Shown here piece after piece: positions 8,633 to 15,989 of a DNA stretch of 27,695 nt. Position 1 is the stretch's first letter. Each line of letters opens with the position of its first letter. Position numbers and translations under genes: made by a program. The DNA lies in assembly GCA_964532445.1 (NCBI GenBank), contig CAZHID010000002.1, positions 1 to 27,695 on the forward strand, given 5' to 3'. The stretch comes from an uncultured Planctomycetia bacterium. GTDB taxonomy: Bacteria > Omnitrophota > Gorgyraeia > 2-02-FULL-51-18 > JAGOUK01. Below the pieces are notes generated by a model. The model ran no database searches and was not told the origin of the DNA. It was given only the letters and a program-made list of their open reading frames with translations.

Positions 8633-9594
8633 TTCTTTTCCGTGAATTCCAGACCCGTGCGCTCCAGCATCCCGGCCAGCGCGGACAAATGCCCGCTCCC
8701 CGCCCGCTCGAAGCGCACAAAGATACCTGACACGAACTTCCGCATGAGCGCGCGGTGCTCAGGCGCGTTCAACTCCAACAGCGCCGCCGTCAGCCTTTCG
8801 CGGTCCGCGGACCCGAGCGTTTTAGCCGCGACGACGGCGTGGGACGGGATCGGCCCCTGCTCAGCCACGACGCGGGACGCCGCCAGCGCTTCGACAAAAA
8901 GTTTTTCGGGCACGTCTCCCGCGATCACCGTCACGTCGACCTGGCCCGACTTGAGCGCCTCGACCCCCTGCGGATAACCGCCCGCAAAAAGCACCTCTGA
9001 GAAGAACTGCTTGGGATCCGCCGCGCCGGCAGCCGATCTGACGACGAGGCCCTCAGCGACGAGCTTGTCGAGCGGAGCGACATAACCGGAGGTCGAGATC
9101 GGGCTCGGGAACGCGGCTTTGTGGCCGCGCAGATCGGCGAGCGTCTTCACGGGTCTGTCCGGACGCACGATCCAGTAAGAGCGGTAATTGGGCGCCTCGC
9201 CAAGTTTCCCATCCACCATGACCTCGCGGACCTCCGAGAGGATCACGCTCGCCCCCGCCTCCCGTTCAGCGAGCCGGGCCGGCCAGGCGCCCATGAACGC
9301 CGCGTGCGCGTGGCCATAACGGAGCGCTTCGACGACCCCCGCGTAACTCGCCGGAAAAAGGATCTCGATATCCCGGCCAAGCTTTTTTTCCAAAAAAACC
9401 TCGAGCTCCTTCGCCTGGTCCGATAACGCGGCCGTAGTCGCGGTCGGTTGGACGGCGATGACCCACTTGGCCGACGGCTGGGAACCGCTCCCGGCCGCGT
9501 CTGCCGGCTCGGGGGCGATCAAAAAAGAAGCGGCCACGAACACGATCGGCGCCGTGACCAGCGCGAGCGCTCTGAGCATATACCGGATTTCCAT
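8629..9594 (-). CDS. phnD: PhnD/PtxB-family substrate-binding protein (321 aa)
   Basis: Signal peptide ending PADA; ASYAGVVEAL, YRSYWIV, FPSPISTSGY and GQVDV motifs. Start reassigned to ATG 9594, with GAAAGG SD overlapping the hemP stop. Confidence 0.85.
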   Translation of the reverse strand: MEIRYMLRALALVTAPIVFVAASFLIAPEPADAAGSGSQPSAKWVIAVQPTATTAALSDQAKELEVFLEKKLGRDIEILFPASYAGVVEALRYGHAHAAFMGAWPARLAEREAGASVILSEVREVMVDGKLGEAPNYRSYWIVRPDRPVKTLADLRGHKAAFPSPISTSGYVAPLDKLVAEGLVVRSAAGAADPKQFFSEVLFAGGYPQGVEALKSGQVDVTVIAGDVPEKLFVEALAASRVVAEQGPIPSHAVVAAKTLGSADRERLTAALLELNAPEHRALMRKFVSGIFVRFERAGSGHLSALAGMLERTGLEFTEKK

Positions 9595-9605
9595 ATTCAC
9601 GCCTT

Positions 9606-9788
9606 TCATTTGGTCAGGATCAGCTTTCCCTGCTTCGTTTTCATAAGCCGGTACAAAATACCGCGGTGGCGGATCCAAACGGATGATGCGGTGCCCAATA
9701 TCCGCTCCGAATCGACCACTTTTTCGGCGCTAGGATTCAGCACCGGGTCTTGACCTTCGTCTTGTGACGCATGGGACGGATCTAACAT
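9606..9788 (-). CDS. hemP: Hemin uptake protein HemP/HmuP family
   Basis: VDSERILG...VWIRHRGILYRLMKTKQGKLILTK matches the HemP pattern (I.H.G..Y.L..T..GKLILTK). Start uncertain: ATG 9788 overlaps a Fur-like box, and a downstream GTG is possible. Confidence 0.9.
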   Translation of the reverse strand: MLDPSHASQDEGQDPVLNPSAEKVVDSERILGTASSVWIRHRGILYRLMKTKQGKLILTK

Positions 9789-9805
9789 TGCGACTGATTC
9801 TCATT
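9787..9805 (-). promoter_or_regulatory. Fur-box-like operator
   Basis: Minus strand AATGAGAATCAGTCGCAAT matches AATGAGAATnATTCTCATT at 15 of 18 defined positions (hand count); lies in front of hemP and a TonB system. Confidence 0.7.
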
Positions 9806-9813
9806 GATAGGTT

Positions 9814-9848
9814 AAAAAGAAACCTGATTTCTAATGAAACCAGGTTTC
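9814..9848 (-). terminator. Intrinsic terminator-like hairpin (RRM gene terminator and/or leader attenuator)
   Basis: Minus strand GAAACCTG-G-TTTC-ATTA-GAAA-T-CAGGTTTC forms a 13-bp stem with one G-U pair and a 4-nt loop, followed by TTTTT. Confidence 0.65.
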
Positions 9849-9868
9849 AATTGAGACTTGATCTTATC
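9833..9868. promoter_or_regulatory. Two further 19-bp Fur-like dyads
   Basis: AATGAAAC-CAG-GTTTCAAT (9833-9851, near-perfect dyad) and ATTGAGACTTGATCTTATC (9850-9868, 12 of 18 to the Fur-like consensus); the second covers the predicted -10. Confidence 0.5.
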
Positions 9869-9889
9869 AGTCTTAATCTACGAAGTCAA
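9861..9889 (-). promoter_or_regulatory. Sigma70-type promoter pointing at hemP
   Basis: TTGACT (9889-9884), 17-nt spacer, TAAGAT (9866-9861), with an extended -10 TG. Confidence 0.7.
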
Positions 9890-9899
9890 CAGGATCGGA

Positions 9900-10352
9900 T
9901 CAGTCCATCTGCTGCGAGGAGGACGAACGGCCGCTGCCCCCGCGACGTCCGCGAAAACCTCCGCGGCTTCTGCGAAAACCCCCGCGATTGCCGCCCTGTC
10001 CCTGGCTGCCCTCGGGACGCGGACGCGCTTCGTTGACGTTGATCGCGCGGCCCTTGAGCTCTTCCCCGTTCAGGGCGCGGATAGCGGCCTGGATCTCGGA
10101 GCGGTTACTCATCTCGACGAAGCCGAAGCCCTTGGACTGGTTGGACTGACGGTCGCGGACGACCTGCGCGGAAGTGACCCTGCCGTGCGGCTCGAACGCC
10201 TTGCGGAGGTCCTCGTCGGTCACATCGTAGGAGAGGTTACCGACATAGAGCTTGAGCGAGCTCCCGCTGGAACCCGAATGACCGCCGTAGCCCGATGATT
10301 TCTTAAACCCGAAAAAAGCCGCTATTTTGGAGAAAAAGGATTCTGATGACAT
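9900..10352 (-). CDS. RRM (RNP-1) RNA-binding protein with N-terminal extension and RGG-rich tail (150 aa)
   Basis: RNP2 LYVGNL, RNP1 KGFGFVEM, INVNEARPR, tail RGGFRRSRGGFRGRRGG. ATG 10352 is the nearest in-frame start upstream of the RRM; the ORF-track start (10448) lies inside the predicted promoter. Confidence 0.92.
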   Translation of the reverse strand: MSSESFFSKIAAFFGFKKSSGYGGHSGSSGSSLKLYVGNLSYDVTDEDLRKAFEPHGRVTSAQVVRDRQSNQSKGFGFVEMSNRSEIQAAIRALNGEELKGRAINVNEARPRPEGSQGQGGNRGGFRRSRGGFRGRRGGSGRSSSSQQMD

Positions 10353-10432
10353 AGATGTGTGTGGTTGATCGTGCGGAAATAAGGAGCGGTTGATGATCGA
10401 ACTACGATAACAATGCGAACTGCGAACGCGGC

Positions 10433-10461
10433 AGTATAGCACCCCCACCCTTCCGTTTCAA
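10433..10461 (-). promoter_or_regulatory. Strong sigma70-type promoter of the RRM gene
   Basis: TTGAAA (10461-10456), 17-nt spacer, TATACT (10438-10433), with an extended -10 TG. Confidence 0.75.
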
Positions 10462-10496
10462 GAAAAGCGCCCCTTCGGTTGCCCGAAGAGGCGCTT
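10459..10496 (-). terminator. Intrinsic terminator of the Spy-like gene
   Basis: Plus strand AAAGCGCC-CTTCGG-TTGC-CCGAAG-A-GGCGCTTT; on the minus strand the stem is followed by TTTTCTT. Confidence 0.75.
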
Positions 10497-10551
10497 TGAA
10501 TGAACGTCCGCCGCGCTTCGCTCCGGGGGAGCGGAACGGGCCCAAGACCGC

Positions 10552-11193
10552 TTAGGCCTTGTGGTGGTGATGTCCCGCGTGCCCGGCCTTCTTGAGCTCC
10601 ATGGCCTTGGCCTTCTGCTCAGGGGTGATGATCGCCTTGAGGTCCGCGTACGCCTTGACCGTGGACTTGGCGCCCAGGGCCATGCCCGCCATACCGCTGT
10701 CGATCATCGACTCCAGGGCTTCCACGTCGACCTTGTCCTGGCCGAGGCGGTTTTCCATCTCAAGCGCGAAGATCTGCATCTCGGCCATGCCGCGGATGGA
10801 GTTCTTTTCGACCTCGAGGTCGAGGGCCTTGATCTGGGCGATCTGGTCATCGGTCAGACCCAGCTCGTCCTTGTGCTCCAGGATCCAGCAGACCTTCTGG
10901 CAGAACTTCGCGGCGATCGGGCAGGGCGAGGAAGCGTGACCGCAGCCGCGGCCGTAACCGCCCATCTTCTTGCAGGAACCGGACTTGGCGCAATCTCCGC
11001 CCTTGTCGCAGCTCCCTTTGGCGCAGCCGCCCATCATGCCGCCCTTATCGCATCCACCTTTCATCCCGCCGCTGATCGGGCAGGACTTGCCTTCCGGACC
11101 ACCCTCGTGATGACCGGCGATCGCGGGCAGAGCCGCCAAGCCGAGCATGGTTACGATCGCCAGGACCGGTAAAAAGATTTTCTTATAGTTCAT
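10552..11193 (-). CDS. Secreted Spy/CpxP/ZraP-like protein with Cys/Gly-rich N-terminal region and His-rich tail
   Basis: Signal peptide ending PAIA; GGGAGG SD; LTxxQ-type motifs ELGLTDDQ and ITPEQ; 10 Cys in residues 38-102; C-terminus GHAGHHHHKA. Confidence 0.7.
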   Translation of the reverse strand: MNYKKIFLPVLAIVTMLGLAALPAIAGHHEGGPEGKSCPISGGMKGGCDKGGMMGGCAKGSCDKGGDCAKSGSCKKMGGYGRGCGHASSPCPIAAKFCQKVCWILEHKDELGLTDDQIAQIKALDLEVEKNSIRGMAEMQIFALEMENRLGQDKVDVEALESMIDSGMAGMALGAKSTVKAYADLKAIITPEQKAKAMELKKAGHAGHHHHKA

Positions 11194-11320
11194 AGAGACC
11201 TCCCGTTTACGCGTTATATAGGAACGGGGTCATCATAATCGCCTCGATCAAAGAAAGCAATGGCAATCGATTTTGAGCATTTCCATACCGCACCCGCCGG
11301 CCGAGAGGCCGTTTTGGGCT

Positions 11321-11348
11321 TTGCAGAAGCCCTCAATCTTGATATCCT
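11321..11348 (+). promoter_or_regulatory. Putative promoter of dedA-liv
   Basis: TTGCAG (11321-11326), 16-nt spacer, TG-n-TATCCT (11343-11348), 8 nt before ATG 11357. Confidence 0.5.
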
Positions 11349-11356
11349 TTAGCCAC

Positions 11357-12004
11357 ATGATCGAATTCTTCACCGAGTTTTTCTCCAAATTACACCACCT
11401 GGACGAGCTCATCCGCTGGGGCGGCTACACCGCCCTGACGATTATTGTCTTCGCCGAAACGGGTCTGCTCGTGGGTTTTTTCCTCCCCGGCGACTCGCTG
11501 CTCGTCACCGCGGGGCTTGTGTCGGCGCTCGACGGCACGCTGAACATCTGGATCCTGACAGCGCTCCTCGTCGCGGCGGCCATCATCGGCGACACGGTGG
11601 GTTACTGGATCGGCTATCACCTCGGTCCGCGTCTCTTCAATAAGGAAAACAGTCTGCTTTTCCACAAGGACCACATCACCAAGACCCGTAATTTTTACGA
11701 CAAGCACGGCCCCAAGACGATCGTCCTCGCGCGCTTCGTCCCTATCGTGCGCACCTTCGCCCCCACCATCGCGGGCGTCGCCAGGATGGATTATAAAAAA
11801 TTCGTCACCTACAACGTCTTCGGCGGCGTGCTCTGGGTCGGCAGCATGCTGCACGGCGGTTATTGGCTGGGACGTCTCATCCCGAACATCGAAAAGCACA
11901 TCCACATCGTGATCCTCGTCGTCATTTTCGTGTCGCTCATCCCCATCTTCAACGAATGGCGCATCTCGCGCGCGCACAAACCTAAGTCCGAAAGGGTCCC
12001 CTAA
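11357..12004 (+). CDS. dedA: DedA family membrane protein (215 aa)
   Basis: FAETGLLVGFFLPGDSLLVTAG, GDTVGYWIG and ARFVPIVRTFAPTIAG motifs; start taken at ATG 11357. Confidence 0.93.
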   Translation: MIEFFTEFFSKLHHLDELIRWGGYTALTIIVFAETGLLVGFFLPGDSLLVTAGLVSALDGTLNIWILTALLVAAAIIGDTVGYWIGYHLGPRLFNKENSLLFHKDHITKTRNFYDKHGPKTIVLARFVPIVRTFAPTIAGVARMDYKKFVTYNVFGGVLWVGSMLHGGYWLGRLIPNIEKHIHIVILVVIFVSLIPIFNEWRISRAHKPKSERVP

Positions 12005-13216
12005 ATGAGCTCGATCATCGCCGGCCGCTCCCGTTCCGTCCGAACTTCCAGCGTCCTGCGGGCTTGGTCCGCCCCCCTGTCGCTACTGCTCGCGCTCGGC
12101 CTGCTCGGGGGCTGCGCCTCCCAGCCCGGGACCGGGGACGGACCCAAGGCTGCCGCGCCGTCCGTGATCAAGATCGGCTGCGCGGCGCCGCTCACGGGCG
12201 ACCAGGCCCAGATCGGCATCGACCATTGTCAGGGCGTGCAGATGGCGGTCGAGGAGTTCAACGCGGCGGGCCGTCTCGCCGGCACACGCGTTGAGATCCT
12301 CAAGATGGACGACCAGCGCAACCCCGCTCAGGCCGTGAACGCCGCCAAGAAGCTCGTGTCCGACCCGGCGGTCCTCGGTGTCATCGGTCACTTCAATTCC
12401 AGCTGCACCCAGCCGGCCTCCGCGATCTACCACGGCGCCGGGATGACCCAGATCACCGCGGCGTCCACGAACCCCGACCTGTCCAAGCAGGGCTTCAAGA
12501 CCTTCTTCCGCGTCGCGGCCACGGACGACGTCCAGGGACCCAAGGGCGCGCGCTTCGCGGCCAAACAGCTCGGCGTGAAGCAGCTCTTCGTCATCGACGA
12601 CAAGACGACGTACGGCAAGGGCCTCGCCGACGCGTTCGAGAAAGAAGCCGCGGCGCTCGGCATCAAGATCCTCGGACACGAAGGCATCACTCAAGGCGAC
12701 AAGGACTTCAATCCCCTTCTCACCAAGATCAAGCCGCTCCAGCCGGACCTCATCTACTTCGGCGGCATCTACCCCGAGGGTTCGCTGCTCCTGCGCCAGG
12801 CCCGCGCGCTCGGCATCCCCGCGCCGTTCATGGGCGGCGACGGCATCGCGACCCACACGCTCGTCGAGCTCGCCGGCGCGGCGGCGTCCGAAGGGACCTA
12901 CGCCACGATGGTCGGCGGCGACATGAAGAAGGTCCCCTCCGCGACCGCGTTCGTCGAAGCCTACGAAAAGCGCTACGGCAAGCTCGGTCAGTGGTCCGCG
13001 TACGGCTACGACGCGGCGAACATCCTGCTCAAGGCGGTCGAGACCGCGGCGGCCAAGGACCGGGCGGGCGTCCTCGCGGCCATGCGGACGGTCCCCTCGT
13101 TCACCGGCATCACCGGCAGCGTCGTCTTCGACGAAAAAGGCGACAACAAGAACCAGTTCATCGGTATTTTCAAAGTGACCGGCGGCGAACTCGTCTACGT
13201 CGGCCCCGCGGAATAA
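12005..13216 (+). CDS. livK: Branched-chain amino acid ABC transporter substrate-binding lipoprotein (LivJ/K family)
   Basis: Lipobox LGGC; IKIGCAAPLTG, VIGHFNSS, STNPDLS, FFRVAATDDVQG, DKTTYGKGLA, YGYDA. Confidence 0.9.
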   Translation: MSSIIAGRSRSVRTSSVLRAWSAPLSLLLALGLLGGCASQPGTGDGPKAAAPSVIKIGCAAPLTGDQAQIGIDHCQGVQMAVEEFNAAGRLAGTRVEILKMDDQRNPAQAVNAAKKLVSDPAVLGVIGHFNSSCTQPASAIYHGAGMTQITAASTNPDLSKQGFKTFFRVAATDDVQGPKGARFAAKQLGVKQLFVIDDKTTYGKGLADAFEKEAAALGIKILGHEGITQGDKDFNPLLTKIKPLQPDLIYFGGIYPEGSLLLRQARALGIPAPFMGGDGIATHTLVELAGAAASEGTYATMVGGDMKKVPSATAFVEAYEKRYGKLGQWSAYGYDAANILLKAVETAAAKDRAGVLAAMRTVPSFTGITGSVVFDEKGDNKNQFIGIFKVTGGELVYVGPAE

Positions 13217-13217
13217 A

Positions 13218-14138
13218 TTGAGTTGGGACGTATTTTTTCAGCAGTGCGTTAACGGCCTCACGATCGGCTTCATCTATTCCCTGATCGCGCTCGGCTACAC
13301 GCTCGTCTTCGGAACGCTGCAGCTCATCAACTTCGCGCATGGCGAGATATTCATGGTGGGCGCGTTCGCGGCGCTTTTCATCCACGCGCTCCTGGGCGCA
13401 TTGCCTCCGGGGCCGCTGAACGCCGTGTTCTTCCTGCCGCTGGTGCTCGTGTTCGCGATGGCGGTCTGCGCGGCGGTGGGCGCGGCGGTCGAACGCTTCG
13501 CGTACCGGCCCCTGAGGCACGCGCCGAGGCTCGCGCCGCTCATCACCGCGATCGGCGTCTCCTTCCTGCTCCAGAACATCGTGATGCTCGCCTTCGGTCC
13601 CACGGACAAAAGCTTCCCCGACCTCTTCGCGGTCCACAAGTTCCCGATCGGCTCCGGCGGGGCCGGCATCACGAACCTCCAGGTCCTGATCTGGACGGTC
13701 TCGATCTTGCTTATGGCGGGGCTTCACTTCTTCATCCGGAACACGCGGGCCGGCAAAGCGATGCGCGCGCTCTCGGATGACCGGGACGCGGCGAGCCTCA
13801 TGGGCATCAACACCAACCGCGTGATCGCCTCGACGTTCCTCATCGGGTCGGCGCTCGCGGGCGCGGGCGGCGTGCTCTTCGGCCTCTACTACAACACGGT
13901 GAACTTCCACGACGGGTACCTGGCCGGCATGAAGGCCTTCACCGCGGCGGTGCTCGGCGGGATCGGCAACATCCCCGGCGCGATGGCCGGCGGCGTGATC
14001 CTCGGCGTCCTCGAGGGCTTCGGCGCGGCGGTCATCTCGTCGGAATGGAAAAATGTCTTCGCCTTCGTGATCCTCATCATCATCCTCCTGATCCGGCCGA
14101 ACGGCCTCTTCGGCTCGCGCGTGGTGAAAAAAGTATGA
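13218..14138 (+). CDS. livH: Branched-chain amino acid ABC permease LivH
   Basis: YSLIALGYTLVFGTLQLINFAHGE, GKAMRA, KAFTAAVLGGIGNIPGA; TTG start 1 nt after the livK stop. Confidence 0.93.
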   Translation: MSWDVFFQQCVNGLTIGFIYSLIALGYTLVFGTLQLINFAHGEIFMVGAFAALFIHALLGALPPGPLNAVFFLPLVLVFAMAVCAAVGAAVERFAYRPLRHAPRLAPLITAIGVSFLLQNIVMLAFGPTDKSFPDLFAVHKFPIGSGGAGITNLQVLIWTVSILLMAGLHFFIRNTRAGKAMRALSDDRDAASLMGINTNRVIASTFLIGSALAGAGGVLFGLYYNTVNFHDGYLAGMKAFTAAVLGGIGNIPGAMAGGVILGVLEGFGAAVISSEWKNVFAFVILIIILLIRPNGLFGSRVVKKV

Positions 14139-14154
14139 TGCATGTGAGAACGTC

Positions 14155-15189
14155 ATGAGTTTTTTCAACCTGGCGCTTTTCAAGAAAGATCGCGGGCGTC
14201 AGGTATTGGCGTTGGTGTTTTTGGTGGCTCTGTTCGTGCCGGTCGTGGACCGGAACGCGTACCGGGTGGACGTGCTGGTGAACGCGGGGATCTTCATGAT
14301 GCTCGCGCTCGGCCTGAACGTCATCGTGGGTTATGCGGGGATGCTCAATCTGGGCTACGCGGCGCTTTTTGCCGTGGGCGCGTACGCTTATGGGATCCTG
14401 AACACGACGCTGGGCGTGCCGTTCTGGATCGGGCTGCCGCTCGCGGGTCTCGCGGCTGCGGGGGTCGGGATGCTGCTCGCCTTCCCCGCCCTGCGGCTCG
14501 GCGGCGACTACCTCGCCATCGTGACGCTCGGGTCGGGCGAGATCGTCCGTATTCTCCTGAACAACCTGGACGGCTGGACCGGCGGCCCGAACGGCTTACT
14601 GGGCATCGACCATCCGACCCTGCCCTTCGGTTACGACTTCGGTGTCGCGTCGGCGCCGTACTACTACCTGGTCATCGTCCTCATCGCGGCGCTCATTTTC
14701 GCGTTGAAACGCGTTGAGTGCTCGCGGCTGGGCCGCGCGTGGATGGCGCTGCGCGAGGACGAGCTCGCGGCCGGCGCGATGGGCATCAACCTGGTCTGGA
14801 CCAAGCTCTCGGCGTTCGGCATCGGCGGGTTCATCGCCGGCATGGCCGGCAGCGTGTTCGCCGCCAAGCAGGGCACCGTTTCGCCCGACAGCTTCGACTT
14901 CGTCGTGTCGGTCATGGTGCTGGCGATGGTCGTGCTCGGCGGTCTGGGCAACATTTACGGCGTGCTTCTCGGTGCCTTGGCTTTGAGCCTGCTTCCCGAA
15001 TTCCTGCGCGGCTTTGAGATCTACCGGATGCTGATCTTCGGCGCGGCGATGATCGGGATGATGCTGTTCCGGCCTCAAGGCATCCTGGGGGAGGCCCATC
15101 ACCGGGCGGAGTACAGCCGGGAACGGCGCCGCGCGCCGCGCATCCCGATGAAGCCGTCCGCCGGTCCGACGCCGGGGACCGCCTCATGA
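14155..15189 (+). CDS. livM: Branched-chain amino acid ABC permease LivM
   Basis: ALGLNVIVGYAGMLNLGY, LRLGGDYLAIVTLG, GRAWMALREDE, MVVLGGLG. Confidence 0.93.
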   Translation: MSFFNLALFKKDRGRQVLALVFLVALFVPVVDRNAYRVDVLVNAGIFMMLALGLNVIVGYAGMLNLGYAALFAVGAYAYGILNTTLGVPFWIGLPLAGLAAAGVGMLLAFPALRLGGDYLAIVTLGSGEIVRILLNNLDGWTGGPNGLLGIDHPTLPFGYDFGVASAPYYYLVIVLIAALIFALKRVECSRLGRAWMALREDELAAGAMGINLVWTKLSAFGIGGFIAGMAGSVFAAKQGTVSPDSFDFVVSVMVLAMVVLGGLGNIYGVLLGALALSLLPEFLRGFEIYRMLIFGAAMIGMMLFRPQGILGEAHHRAEYSRERRRAPRIPMKPSAGPTPGTAS

Positions 15190-15989
15190 AGACCGCCGAG
15201 ATCGCCCAGACCGACCTGCTCAAGCTCGACGGCGTGACCAAGCGATTCGGCGGCGTCTGCGCGCTCGAGGACGTCTCGTTCCGCGTCCGACGGGGCCACA
15301 TCCTGAGCGTGATCGGTCCGAATGGCGCGGGCAAAACCACCCTTTTCAACTGCATCACCGGCATCGCGGCGCCGGACGCGGGCAGCGTCCTGTTCGGCGA
15401 CGCGCAGACTTGCCTCAACCGCCTCTCGCCGTTCAACATCGCCGCGCGGGGCATCTCGCGCACGTTCCAGACGATACGGCTCTTCCGCCACATGAGCGCG
15501 ATCGAGAACGTCCTCGTCGGCGCGCACACTCAGCTCGGCGCGGGCCTCTGGGGCATCCTCACGCGGGCGCGCTGGGTGCGTCTGGAAGAGGAGCGGGCGA
15601 TCGGACGCGCGATGCGGCTCCTCGAATTTTTCGGACTGGAGGACAAGGCGCACGAAATGGCCCAGAACCTCCCCTACGGCCACCAACGGCGGCTCGAGAT
15701 CGCACGCGCGTTGGCTTCCGACCCCAAACTCCTGCTCCTGGACGAGCCGGCGGCCGGCATGAATCCTAAGGAAAAGGAAGATCTCCTCGCCCTCATCCGC
15801 GCGATCCGCAACCGGGGCGTCACGATCGTCCTCATCGAGCATGACATGAAATTCACGATGCCCCTTTCCGACCGCGTGGTCGTGCTCGACCACGGCCGCA
15901 AGATCGCCGACGGAACGCCCGACGAGGTCCAGCGGGACGGCCGCGTGATCGAGGCCTATCTCGGACGGCGTGAGGAGACCGCCGTATGA
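15186..15989 (+). CDS. livG: Branched-chain amino acid ABC ATPase LivG
   Basis: GPNGAGKTT, RTFQ, LPYGHQRRLEIARAL, LLLDEPAAG, IEHDM; ATGA overlap with livM. Confidence 0.94.
   Translation: MKTAEIAQTDLLKLDGVTKRFGGVCALEDVSFRVRRGHILSVIGPNGAGKTTLFNCITGIAAPDAGSVLFGDAQTCLNRLSPFNIAARGISRTFQTIRLFRHMSAIENVLVGAHTQLGAGLWGILTRARWVRLEEERAIGRAMRLLEFFGLEDKAHEMAQNLPYGHQRRLEIARALASDPKLLLLDEPAAGMNPKEKEDLLALIRAIRNRGVTIVLIEHDMKFTMPLSDRVVVLDHGRKIADGTPDEVQRDGRVIEAYLGRREETAV

Noticed and set aside
7134-9594. Canonical Pho-regulated phosphonate utilisation locus
   Set aside because: No phnG-M, phnX/W or ptxD genes and no Pho-box-like direct repeats seen in the window; the upstream signals are Fur-like.
10888-11082. 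Multiheme cytochrome or ferredoxin in the Cys-rich protein
   Set aside because: No CxxCH or CxxCxxC spacing; cysteines are mostly 5-10 residues apart.
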